The position numbers were made by a program, and so were the translations under genes. Below, in pieces: positions 35,085 through 53,350 of a stretch of 64,000 bases of DNA (positions within the stretch are counted from its first letter, which is position 1; every line of letters begins with the position of its first letter). The notes under the pieces are model-generated. The model saw only the letters and a program-made list of their open reading frames with translations. It was not told the DNA's origin and made no database searches. The stretch is from the human T2T-CHM13v2.0 reference genome, Homo sapiens, in the NCBI RefSeq assembly GCF_009914755.1, contig NC_060932.1. One strand, 5' to 3'.

Positions 35085-36860
35085 TATGATACGTTTTTAT
35101 AACACCACACTAATTCTGACACCAAATGTGTTTGTGGTTTATTCCCCAAACACCAACCAATTCTTCAACTCTCCAGATGCAAACTGGATGTCCTACCATT
35201 TAATTCAATTCTGATACTAATTACCAGGAGTTAGTACAGGCCCCACAGGTTAAGGACTCATTCCCAAAAGACTGCCCTCACTTTAGATTCCAGTCAAAAG
35301 CCTGGGTAACCTGTACTTCTGTCAATGAAAAGAGTCAAACTCTGTAAAATATTGGAAGAGATTTATTCTGAGCCAAATGTGAGTGACCAATGGCCTGTGA
35401 CACAGCCCCAGGAGACCTTGAGAACATGTGCCCAAGGTGATCAGGCTACAGCTTGGTTTTATACATTTTAGGGAGATGTAAGACATCCCTCAGTACATGC
35501 AAGATGTACATTGGTTCAGTCTGGAAAGGCGGGGCTACTTGAAGTCGGGGGGAAGTGGGGAGGGGATTCCAGCTTATAGGTAGATTCAAAGATTTCCTGA
35601 TTGGCAATTGGCTGAAAGAGTTAAATTATTGTCTAAACACCTAGAATCAATAGAAGGGAATGTCTGGGTTAGGATAGGGGTTATGGAGACTGATATTTCT
35701 ACTATGCAGAGGAAGCCTCTAGGTAGCAGGCTTCAGAGAGAATAGATCATAAATGTTTCTTATCAGAGTTGATTCTCTCCTGGATCAGGAAAAAGAAGGA
35801 ATGGGGATTCTCTACAAAATGTAGATTTTTTCCTCACAAGAGACAGCTTTACAGGGCCATTTCAAAATACGTCAAAAAATATAATTTTGGGGGTAAAATA
35901 CTTCAATTTCTTTCAGGCTGCTATTTGTCATGTGATGCTATACTACAGTCAGGCTGAAATTTGGTGTCTTATTGCTACAAAGAGTCTGTTTTGTCTGGCT
36001 TGTCTGTCTTAAGATCTGTTTTAATGTTAATGCTGGTCAGCTGTGCCTGAATTCCAAAAGGGAGGATGGTATAATGAGGCAAGTCCAACTCCCTCTTCGC
36101 ATCATGGCCTGAACTAGTTTTTCAGGTTAACTTTGGGTAATGCCCTTGGCTGAGAGGAAGGGTCCATTCAGATGGTTGAGGGGCTTTGAATTTTATTTTT
36201 GGTTTGCATAACCAACCACTTATAAAGTCAGGGGGTTCCCACAATTCCCCTTTGGATTGTATAATTTGCTAGAAAGTCTCACAGAACTCAGGAAGACACA
36301 TTACTACTACTGGTTTGTTATAAAGGATATTATAAAAGATACACATGAACAACCAGATGAAGAGGTACATAGGGTAAGGTTGGGAAGGGTTCTGAGCATA
36401 GATGCTTCTGTCCCTGTGGAGTTTGGGGTGTGCCACCCTCCCAGCACATGGATATATTTACCAACCCAGAAGCTTTCTGGATCCACAAACCCCACTTATG
36501 GTTTTTATGGAGGTTTATTGGGGCATGATTGATTAAAGCATTGGACATTGGAGATAAACTTAATCTCTAGCCCCTCTGCCTCCCCATAGGTTGGGACTAG
36601 GGGTGGTGCTGAAAGTTGCAACCCTCTAATCACTTGGTCTTTCTGCTGACTCACCCCCAACCTGAAGTTATCTAAGAGCCCCAGCCACCAGTCATCTCAT
36701 TGGCATAAACTCAGGTATGATTAAAAGGAGCTTATTATGAATGATGAAGATGCTCTTCTTATACCTATCCTTCAGGAATTTACAAGGGTTTTAAGAGCTC
36801 AATGCCAGGAACCAGAGATGAAGACCAAATATGTATTTCTTAGTGTATCATCATATCACA
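35085..36860 (-). mobile_element. MER21-like LTR interrupted by a MER4-group LTR
   Basis: caattctgatactaattaccaggagttag..., ctcacagaactcagg, terminus atatcaca. Confidence 0.7.
35320..36208 (-). mobile_element. MER4-group solo LTR (MER4B/D/E-like)
   Basis: gagatttattctgagccaaat...gagaacatgtgcccaaggt; minus start tgcaaaccaaaaataaaattc. Confidence 0.75.
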
Positions 36861-37087
36861 AAGTGTTCTAGGGTCTTAGAGAAAGAGGGTAGCTCTGTGG
36901 AGTCAAGATTGTAGGTCTTGGATTGATAACTTTACTCAAAACCTCACAAATAAATCTTAATCATGGTCAGTAGCAACATCCTTGAAGATGGCAATTCTAT
37001 CATTTTATTTTTCACATCATTGTCAGCATCATCTGGAACCGATATTTACTGACCCTCAGTTGGGTGCAAATACAGAAACACAGTCTT

Positions 37088-37390
37088 GGCCAGGTGCTGT
37101 GGCTCATTTCTGTAATCTTAGCACTTTGGGAGGCCAAGGCAAGAAGATTACTTGAGCGCAGGAGTTCAAGACCAGCCTGGGCAATATAGTGAGATCTCAT
37201 CTCTACAACAAATTTACAAATTAACTGGGCATAGTGGTGAGCACCTGTAGTCCCAGCTACTCAGGAGGCTGAGGTGGGAGGATCACTTGAGTCTTGGGGG
37301 AGGAGGTTGCAGTGAGCTGAGATCATGCCACTGCACTCCAGCCTGAGCAACAGAGCGAGACCCTGTCTCAAAAAAAAAAAAAAAAAAAAG
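37088..37390 (+). mobile_element. Alu (AluJ-like) within an old MLT1-like fragment
   Basis: Full dimer; flank agcaagatggctgtagcacttccag. Confidence 0.9.
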
Positions 37391-38323
37391 GAGGGGGGTA
37401 ATTAAGGACTCACTTTTTTTTCCATTTCTCCAGTGGAAGCCATCCCCAGTGGAAGCTTCATTCTCAGGGAGGTAGCAAGATGGCTGTAGCACTTCCAGAT
37501 CGCAACAGAAGCATGACTATTTTGAGGAAAAAGAGAGACCACCTCGTCCTGTAGGTCTCTCCTAAGAGCAAGAGAACTTCATGGAAGCTTTCCAGCACAT
37601 TTCCCCTCATGCCTCATCTGCCAGAATTAGGTCACATGCAAATACCTGAAGCAATCATTTAGAACCATTCCTGACAGTTTCCTCCAACATACTTGGCTAA
37701 ACAGATGGGTCCCTGAACAAAACTGTGGTTCTGTTAGGAAGCAAAAAGAGGGAATTGGACTCTGGGTGGGACCCTGGGTGGAGGGTACATTGCTTATCAG
37801 TTTCTAGGACTACAAAGACATGTTTACTTAGGATCCCTATTTGAAAGAGGCTTTTAATCTAGTTGTGGGTAGACACACCAAAAAATGACAAAAGAATGTT
37901 TAGTAAGGTTCTAAACACACAGTAGGCACCTAAAAATATTCACTGAATGAATGAACACATACTAATATTACACCTTGGGTGCTAAGTGAATAACACAGCT
38001 ATGCCACAGAGGCTCAGAAGAATGACTGCTCAAGAAGTTCTAGTGCAATGATTCATCAAATTTCACGAGGTCTTGTGACAATGCAGATACCCAGGCCACA
38101 ACCTCCAAAACTTGGATTCAGTGTTTTCATGGACTGCAGATTTAACAAGAATTTCAGTACAACCTCCATTAGTGTTAGGGAAGGTAGCTGCAGCGTGTGG
38201 TTAGGGTAAATAGGTATTGTTTCCCCACTCCCAAAATCATTTAATAAATCATCAAATTAAAGACCTACGAGTTTACCTTCTGATATTTGTAAAGTGATTG
38301 CTAAGATCCAAAAAATAGTGTTT

Positions 38324-38624
<301 letters not shown>

Positions 38625-38632
38625 TTAATAGT

Positions 38633-38935
<303 letters not shown>

Positions 38936-40045
38936 TGTATTTAGTAGTTCTTATCAAAGAACCATATGTACAAAGGATTGTACAACTTTTCCCTTCTGGG
39001 CCTAAATAGTTATTGACTGATGAAAAGGTGAATTATATCTGAATAATGAAACAATATTTTCAGGTTTGAAGGTATTTGCTTTATTTTAGAATACAATCCC
39101 TTAAAATTATCAAGTTGCTCTTTGATAACAAATGGAAAACATTTTCTCATATTTATTGTTCCCTAACACCAATTTATTCCATTGGATTTCTTCATAGTTT
39201 ATAGTACCCAGCAACCTTATAGCTGTAGAGAGAGACTATTCTTTCCTCCTGGATTGCCAAATTTTTGTTTATTGACAGAAAACTGGCCAGGCACAGTGGC
39301 TCACCCTCCTTTTTACACTGTCTTGCTTCTGGTGAAGTTTCCCATAGATATGCCACTGGCATTCTCCAATTAACCCAGCTGACAAAGACTGGGACCAAGT
39401 CTGTTTAATTTGTCAAATATGGCCTTATTAAGGTGACTATAAACAAGAATCCACAAAGCAGGAGGAAGCTATTTGTGGCACTGACCTCAAATATGCCTGT
39501 CAGAGTCTCAGAATCAACTCCTTGAACAAATTCAAGAAGCCACCAAGGCTTCATTTAAGAAGAGTCAGGGAGTGGGATCTTTCCTTAAGTTTCTGTACTG
39601 ACCTTTTCCCTCAGTCCAAGACATTAATGTAGGCATGACAGAATGTATTAATAATTGTACAGACCCCTCCGCCTTGACCCACAAGGAAGAAGTTTAAAGC
39701 AATTGTATTACGTATAACACACCTGGCTACTCAGTTGAGGCAAATGCGAATACTTCAAGGGCAAAGCTGGTATCACTGATCACTTCAGCTAAAGTCAGGG
39801 GCAAATTTTGTTCTGCTTCTTCTAATGGGATGACTTCCACTGCAGCAACAAGTGGCCACTGATAGTGGATAAATAACAAGCCTGTTATCACTTTGGGGAG
39901 TTCCTCCAGGTAATCAAAGGAAGCTTCATTTTGGAGAAATCTCCACAATCATCTGAGGGCTATGTGAGCTACTAGTGGTGTACACTTGAAGGTTTTTTAT
40001 GATGACTTACAAGGTATAAGTCACTATATTTTGGGGAGAGAGTCA

Positions 40046-40420
<375 letters not shown>

Positions 40421-41073
40421 AAAAAAAGAAAATGTTGTTTACAATTCTTAGCATCCCCCAAATGAGACTTATACCATTCGGTGGGCACAGATCGACAGTA
40501 ACACCAACATGACCTCTGGGTCAGCTGTTAAATCAAAAGTTCTAAGGTCACTTTAAATAACTGAATCTAATCCTTATTTATGGAGGAACTGCCTGAGGGC
40601 AGTCAGCCCAGACTCTCCTGTTTGTTCATGTCACCAGCAGGGTGACATTGTCAACCCCATGGAATGACTGAGCAATAGCGATAGGAATAAGGCTGAGGAA
40701 GACATCTGGAGGTATTGACAGGGATTTGCATGGGAGGTGCAGGAGCTGGGGCTATCCCCTGCTGTTTTGGATAGGCTTCTTGGTAAGATTAAGAGGAGTG
40801 ATGATCAAACTGTGGTCACAGCCATCTGGCAAGAGATGGCTGACCCAGCAGTGAGTTAAATTTAAGGTGCTTCTCCTAAGGTGCAAGTTTAGGAGAATCA
40901 CACTAAGATGTTTTCCTTCCTGAAGAAAGCTCTGGTGATGATTTCAAAAGACAATGATCATTAAGGTCTCCCTCCCCAGTCCTGGCTGAGGTCTAAGGTG
41001 TTGTTTTCCAGATGCTGGGGTTGTTGTTCTCAAACTGTGCTTAAGATGAGTATTCATTATTTCTGTTGGTAAT

Positions 41074-42160
<1,087 letters not shown>

Positions 42161-42393
42161 CTGTCAGTTTTTTTCTTTTCATTTCTTTTTTCTAATCAGA
42201 TTGGTACATTATAACTACTAAATACTAACTTCCAGTTCTGTCACTTTTAGACTATTTGGTGTAAATAAGATGAAAATTAGATTTAGTCCAGAGGCGACTA
42301 CTTCTTAGTATAGCACAGTACTAAGAATTGTTCAAAATCTTTCTCACTGTGTCATTTAAGCAAAGTAAAAAGTAGTAATAAAGGGAACAAAAT

Positions 42394-43936
<1,543 letters not shown>

Positions 43937-43950
<14 letters not shown>

Positions 43951-44060
43951 AGGCGGAAGTCGCAGTGAGCCAAGATCTCGCCACCACACTCCAGCCTGGG
44001 AGACAGAGCGAGACTCCATTTCCAAAACAAAACAACACAAAACAAGACAAAACAAAAAAA
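43937..44060 (+). mobile_element. 5'-truncated Alu
   Basis: TSD aaaaagctggtattcact. Confidence 0.9.
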
Positions 44061-44221
44061 GCTGGTATTCACTAAATACTTGACATTTATTGATATAACA
44101 ATTTCTGTTTCTAGTCTTCTCGGCAAGGGACTCAATCTGTAGAAACGTGTGACCATGTCAAGTCAGAAATTCACTATGAGGCTGGCATATAGGAGCGGAT
44201 CTCCTAGCTAGTGAGTGAACC

Positions 44222-44675
44222 TGAGGTGGGAGGCGGGACTCGACTCCAGAGGCAGGGCTCCGAATCGGATGGAGGACTACCTAAACCAGGGCAGGGGCAA
44301 AAGCAGCTTTCAGTCAGACACACCTACCAGTGTGCCATGTCAATTTACCACTGCCATGGGAACAGCCGGGAGTTACCACCTCTTTCCACGGCAATGACCT
44401 AATGACCTAACAGTTACTACCCTTTCCCTAGAAATTTCCTCAAAAACTGTTCCTTAATCTGAATGCCATTAAAAGTGGGTATAAATATGACCCAAACTGC
44501 CCTACTCTGTCTACTGGGTAGCCTCACTCTGCAGGAGTAGTCACCAAACTGTAACAATGCCTCTTCAATAAAGCTGTTTTCTTCTACCTCTGGCTTGCCC
44601 TTGAATTCTTTCCTGGGAAAAGCCAAGAATCCTCATGGGCTAAGCTCCACTTTGGAGCTTGCCTGCCCTGCATCA
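44222..44675 (+). mobile_element. ERV1 solo LTR (MER66-like, tentative)
   Basis: TG...CA ends, TATAAA, AATAAA, exact 4-bp TSD aacc. Confidence 0.8.
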
Positions 44676-44855
44676 AACCTAGCTGACATCTCAAAGTGGC
44701 GATGTGACTACAATTTATTATATGATTCAATTTTATTCTCATAACAATAGAGGTAGATATTATTGTCTCACCTTACAGATTAAAAAACTGAGGGTATTAT
44801 ACATTATGCAGTAAGTCATGAATTTGGGAATCTGAGAGTGTTATAAGTCAAGTAC

Positions 44856-45050
44856 CAGGTTTCTCAGCATGAGCACGGTTGACATTTTGGATCAGATAAT
44901 TCTGTTTGGGGTCTGTCCTGTGCATTTTAAGACGTTTAGCATCATTCCTGGCCTTTACCCACCAGGTACTAGTGGCATCCCTACCCTTAGGCTGTGACAA
45001 CCAAAAATGTCTCAGACATTGCCAAATGTCCTCAGGTTGAGAATCATGGG
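44856..45050. mobile_element. MER20 hAT element
   Basis: ttgacattttggatcagataattct...gtgacaaccaaaaatgtctcagacattgccaaatgtcc. Confidence 0.85.
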
Positions 45051-45602
45051 TCTAGTATATTCTATTCATTACCCTTGAGCAATGAACTCCGAAAATTCAA
45101 GATATAAACCTCAATACCATTTTCAACACTTCACCTTCACAGGGGCTTAGTTCTTAATGAAATCTTTAATAAATGGTGTTGATGATGAAAACAAACATAA
45201 ATAATGATGTAATAAACATATTTTGCATAAATACTTTTCTATCTTTTGCATGATTAACATTCTAATGACAGTCAAATGGAACAAACATTTTAAAGGCCTC
45301 TCATTCATACTGTTAATTGCTGACCAAAGAGTTGTACCAATTTACATTTCTACTAGTAGTGTAAGAGTCTATCTTACCACACCCTCACCAGCATTGGCTA
45401 TTATGTGTATATTTCTATCTTTGCTAATATGAGTTATTTCTATTTATTTTAATATTTGTGTTTATAAAATTTTGTATTGTTCTTATTTATATTTTTGAGC
45501 ACTAGTAAGAGTGAATATTCCCCGTATGTTATAGCCAATAGCACTTCTTTTTTTCTTAACTGTTTTGTGCTTTTTGCTCATTTGTCTTTTGGATGGTCTT
45601 AG

Positions 45603-45905
<303 letters not shown>

Positions 45906-46434
45906 TAGTATTGCTTTTATCAATTTGTTCAAGCTCTCTGTATATTATAACCTGGATAGCATATATGTCTACAAAAGAATTTTGCATAAAGGCATTTGAG
46001 CGTAGACTTTATTAAAGCTCTGGGAAGATGGCAAAGGATTTAAATCACAGCAACTGAAGTAAGCTCAAATTGAGTTCTAAATATTCCTCTTTTTATAAGT
46101 CCCTTGTCATTTGTCTTTCTCTTTTCTCTTTCTTTCCTTCTCTTCCCTATGCCTCTCTCCCATCTCTTCATTCTCCAATTTCTGTTGCTTTTCAGTGGAA
46201 ACTAGCTCAAGTTATTTCTTTGGTCTTTGCCTCCATTTAACCATACTCTCAGTTTTTCTTCCACCCTAGTGGAAGATATTAGTTTATCAAGGTATTTTCT
46301 TAAACAAGGACACTTAGTTTCCTAAGGGAAATGCCAGTAACAACTTTCAAGATATCTTGACTATTATACCAGAGTGAAAAAGAGTTCTGAATCCTGTTGC
46401 CCTATTTGCTTCAAATACTTTCTCCACTTTGTTT

Positions 46435-46590
46435 AACTAATGGATACTAGGCTTAATACCTGGGTGATGAAATAATCTGTACAACAAACCTCCTTGACAC
46501 AAGTTTACCTATGTAACAAACCTGCGCACGTACCCCTGAACTTAAAATAAAAGTTAAAAAATATTTAAAAAATTAAAAAAAGAAAACAGT
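46435..46590 (+). mobile_element. L1PA 3' end fragment
   Basis: taggcttaatacctgggtgatgaaataatctgtacaacaaacc...aataaaagttaaaaa. Confidence 0.85.
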
Positions 46591-47558
46591 AATCAAAAAA
46601 CAAAATAATTGGTTGCTGGTATGATTCCATCCTGCACAGCTGTTCTCTGGAGCGTGGTTGTTTACCTCTGCCTGGCTTCTCTCCTACCTAAGTGCTTGCC
46701 GCCACCCATGGAAGATTTGACGGACATGGACATCAGCCTCCTGAGGCCCCAGAACTATCTTTTTGGTTGTGACTAGAGGCCAACAAAGATTATCACTTTA
46801 AGGTGGATAATGATGAAAATGAGCACAAGTTATCTTTAAGAATGGTCAGTTTAGGGGCTGGTAGAAAGGATGGATTTTATATTGTTGAAGCAGAAGTAAT
46901 GAACTATGAAGGCAGTCCAATTAAAGTAATACTAGCAACTTTAAAAAGGTATGTACAGTCAATGGTTTATCTTGGGGGCTTTGAAATAACATTGCCTGTG
47001 GCCTTACACTCAGTGTGTTTCAGGGCCTGGGCATATGAGTACACAGCACTTAACAGGTATGAAGGAAGATACAAAGCAGGACATGAAGAGGAGGGAGATG
47101 TGAGACTTTTCAGTATATCTGGAAAGTGATCTGCCCCTGGAAGTGGGTACATTTCTACAAGAAAAAAATAAAACTTCTTGCTGATGAAAATCATGATGAT
47201 GATGAAGAGGAAGAACATTTTGATGAAGGGAAAACTGAAGAAAAAGCTCTAGTGATGAAATTTATACAGGATACTCCATCCAAAAAATGCACAAAGATCA
47301 AACCAAAATAAAAAAGACTCAGAACTATCAAGATTAAGACCAAAAGGTCAAGAATCCTTCAAAAACAGGGGGAAAAAACCTCTTAAAACACCAAAAGGAC
47401 CTAGTTTTGTAGAATATATTAAAAGCAAAAATGCAAGCAAGTATAGAAAAAGTTGGTTCTCTTCCCAAAGCTAAGTGCATCAATTATGTGAAGAATTACT
47501 TCTGGATGACCAACTAGGAGGCTATTCACCATCTCTGGCAGTGGAAGAAGTCTCTTTA

Positions 47559-48026
<468 letters not shown>

Positions 48027-48151
48027 ATTTCTGTAACAGTTGATATCTAACTGTCCTTTTTACAATTCAGAGTGAGAAGTTCCCTAGCACGTTGGATAAA
48101 TATTGTCCAGGTTCCATTGCCAAAAATGTGTTGTCCAAAATGCCCCTGTAG

Positions 48152-48581
<430 letters not shown>

Positions 48582-48899
48582 TGAAATAAGCTCAATATTT
48601 TAATAAAGGAAAAAATAAATTTTTTCCCCGGAAAAAGTTGTAAGAAAAAAATAAATCTTCTCCCATGCATCTTAGGAGTGCTTTAAACTTAGATGTTTGG
48701 AGATGAGTAGTCTTTAGATAGGTGGAAATGGAGGAAAAGGTGTGACATGCCCATGGCTACCTAGTATGCTTCTATGCATAGTACAGTTTTTAAAAAGTGA
48801 GTTGCTTCTCTGTAAAAACATATTACTTTACTATTAGAAACCACTGGAGAGCAATCATGCCCTGCTTATATTAAACATCTTTGCTAGATTTTTATTTGA

Positions 48900-49475
<576 letters not shown>

Positions 49476-49605
49476 AACCCCAAATGTTGGAAAGTTGCGC
49501 GAGGTATAATTCAGTTTAGAAATTAAGAATCCAAGACAAAAAGTCTGCCTCAGGACCACACACAAGCACGAAGAAACCAAGATAGTTCAAGCATGGACCT
49601 TAAAA

Positions 49606-49800
49606 CTGCACTGTCTAAGGCTGTTGTCACTGGTCTCATGTGGCTATTTAAATTTTAATTAAAGTGAAATAAATTTTAAAATTCAGTTACTAAGTCACAC
49701 TAACCATATTTCAAGTGCTCAATGGCTCCATGTAGCTAGTGGGTACTGTACAGACAGCACAGGATAACATTTGCATCATGGCAGAAAGTTTTAGTGGACC
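49606..49800. mobile_element. MER3-like hAT element
   Basis: catgtggctatttaaatt...catatttcaagtgctcaatggctccatgtagctagtgg. Confidence 0.8.
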
Positions 49801-50084
49801 TAACCAAAAAAAAAATGCCTTTAGGCTCATTTCGTGATGGCAGATAAAAGCCTCTGGAATTCTGATAAGTTTCTGAAGCCATGTTATAGAACTGGTTATT
49901 GTAATTGCATGAACTTCATCCAAAACTGGTGAAAGCGTCAGGTTGGGGATAGTCTGGTGGTTGTTACTTTCTGTCCAACCTAATACTGAGGCTCTGAGAA
50001 ATTCTGTGGTGAATTTCTGTAGGGGGACACAGCAGAAAAGGCATAGTATAGGTCAGAAAACCTGGGTCCTATAATACATAGTAA

Positions 50085-50380
50085 TAATGACGACCATTTA
50101 CTGGTTGTTTCCTATGTACCAGGCACTGTGCTAACCACAGGCTTCATTTAATCCTCACAATACCTGTGTAAGGTATTATTACCACCACTTTGCATGTGAA
50201 CAGGCTGAAATTCAGAGGAGTAAGGTCACACAACTAGTAAGTAGGAGAGCCTGGATTCAACACCTGGTATCTATTCCCTTGCGCTGAACAACTCCGTGCC
50301 CTCACTTTCTTCATCTGTAGATCTAAAAGGATTAAATTAGAACATCTCAAAATTTCTACTACTTCTAAAACTCTGTGTTC
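50085..50380. mobile_element. MIR fragments
   Basis: ccaggcactgtgctaa...tcatttaatcctcacaa...aaggtcacacaactagtaag. Confidence 0.75.
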
Positions 50381-50779
50381 TAAATTAGGACATTACTATC
50401 TATCTCCCCAAGCTAATGAAATAAGCAGGGTTCCTGGGAGGAGCTTGTTACCTATTTTTCTCCAAAGGAGATGCTTTCCCCTGTCTATGCCTCTGTCCTA
50501 AAACCTTTGGTTTCCCACTATCTAATGTGGTTTCAACTATCTATGAGGCGCTTTCGTGGCAAGGAGTGATTCTCTCCAGTAGGCAATCCTAAGAACGAGC
50601 GCAGTGCTTGGCGCACAGTAAATGCTCCATGGACCATTTATGAAATTAAGTCTAAGTGGACTTCAGGAAAATGTGAATCTGCTAAAATGAACTACTAGCC
50701 AGTATACTAGGTAGAAAACCCAGCTGACGAAGAAAACCCCAAGTGGAGAAGCCCTTGTAGGGGGTTGGAGACAATTTCT

Positions 50780-51400
50780 GACCCGCAGAAACCTGCAGTG
50801 GCGCTGACGTTTACAAGTGGTGGACAAAACGCCACTTGCAACACTGGAAGAAGCGGAAAACCCCACCCACTCTGGAACAACAGCGATCAGCCCCGAATAT
50901 AGGGTCCCCTTGCCGCCCCGTAGCCTCCTAGTCCCGCCCCTCTCCCAAGGCCCGGCAGTGGCAGCGGCTGCGGCTGCGCAGTGGCGCGGGCGTAGGCGGA
51001 GCAGCGCGCGCCGCGGTCAGCTGACTGCTGGGCTGGCACGTGACTTGTTCTGTGTTCGCTTGGGTAGAGGAAGCCGTGAGGCCGGAGCTTAGGTCGGGAA
51101 GGGATGGATCGCTGAGCCGATAGCGTCCGCTAGGCTGTCTGCCTCGGTACCTGTTACTGCTGCTACTTCCTCGTTTGACACCTTCCTGGGTCAGTGAGCG
51201 ATGGCTCTCCCCGGATGGGGAGTCCTGGTCAGGCCGAAGCATGAGCTCCGGTCGCTGCCTGGGAGGGACGCGGGTGGGTGCGGGGGCAGAGACCGTGGCG
51301 TTGGAGCTGGAGCTGGCTGGGTGGCTGTGTCTGGTTTCTCGGCGCCAATTCACCGTCTTGGGCCTAGGTTCCGTCTCTAAGGAAGAGAAGGAGGGAAAAA
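50780..51400 (+). promoter_or_regulatory. CpG-island promoter
   Basis: Only CpG-dense non-repeat stretch; GC boxes at 50911-50940, ETS-like cggaa, GTCAGCTGAC at 51016-51025, CACGTGAC at 51037-51044. Confidence 0.9.
51050..51189 (+). other. Probable non-coding first exon of an unidentified + strand gene
   Basis: Follows the promoter motifs; donor TGG|GTCAGT at 51189/51190, then G-rich intron start; start position approximate. Confidence 0.6.
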
Positions 51401-52359
51401 GAGAAAGAGCTCTCGTGGGTAGTTAATGACAGGCAGAAAGGAGAGATACAGCGGTCTGGGATCTTTCTTCTTGGGTAGGAATGCACGCCGCCTGATTGAT
51501 TGAGGGGAATGAAGTGATAGGTCCAGGTGAGGCTATGGAGTGGTGTGTGTGAGGTCACAGCTAGCGCAAGTGCCTTCACTGGGTGTGTGTTGGGGGGGGC
51601 GCGGGTGTCGGGGGTCGGGGGTGGTGGGATGACAGTTTAAAGGCCTAGGAGCCCCTAACTGCAGGCAAGGAACCCTCACAGAGTACACAAGGTCCCTCTA
51701 GGAATGAGAAAGAACAGGAATCCAGAGAACTCAACTATTTTTTAGTAGAATGGGGGAGGGTAGGCAAACAAAACAGAACAAAACAAAACAAACCCCTAGA
51801 AAAGAACTTGGTGAGAGTCACATAAGGCATATTGAATCACTTGAGAAACAGGAGTAAGGGGGAAGCTAGTATTCTTTTCAGAGGAAAATTCTGGTATGTT
51901 AGGGAAAAATCACATGCTTCAGTGCGAGCCCAGTACTTAGCGCCGCTCTGGGAATGGAACGGGTGGGATGTGAACAGTCTATCCTTAGGAGTTAGCACTA
52001 ACGTTGGAGAGAAAAGTCTACACACAGGACACGTTAAAATACGATGCAGTTTATGTATACTTACCAAAAAGAGAATGCGAAGTGCTTTGAAAGTGTGGAG
52101 CAACGACACATGTGTAAACTGGCACTATGGGAAGATATTCTGGAGGAAAGAAAACTTGAGTCTTGGCAAGCCCTCAGGATTTGAACAGGTTGAGAGAAAT
52201 GGGGATAATTTTACAGGCAGGGAAAGCCACAGGATTTGAAAGCCTGAAGATGGGGGTAGGGAATGCTTCTGGTGGAGTCAGAAGTAGCTTTTACAGTGGA
52301 TTGCACTGCGGAGAAGTGGGAAAGAAAGTTGGGAGTCAGGTAACGAGGACTTTTGAATG

Positions 52360-53350
<991 letters not shown>

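Noticed and set aside
44085-45140. Further minus-strand exon-like pieces ([19 protein letters not shown]; VENGIEVYILNFRSSLLK)
   Set aside because: Phases do not join and splice sites are weak; not supportable alone
46803-47311. ORFs resembling nucleophosmin as a functional CDS
   Set aside because: Intronless, frameshifted, Alu-interrupted 3' UTR: processed pseudogene
50780-51400. Naming the downstream gene
   Set aside because: No coding exon in the window and the 5' UTR is not recognised; needs BLAT
50817-51426. GC-rich ORFs over the CpG island (91, 141 and 83 aa)
   Set aside because: Low stop density from GC content, non-ATG starts, and two run through the splice donor
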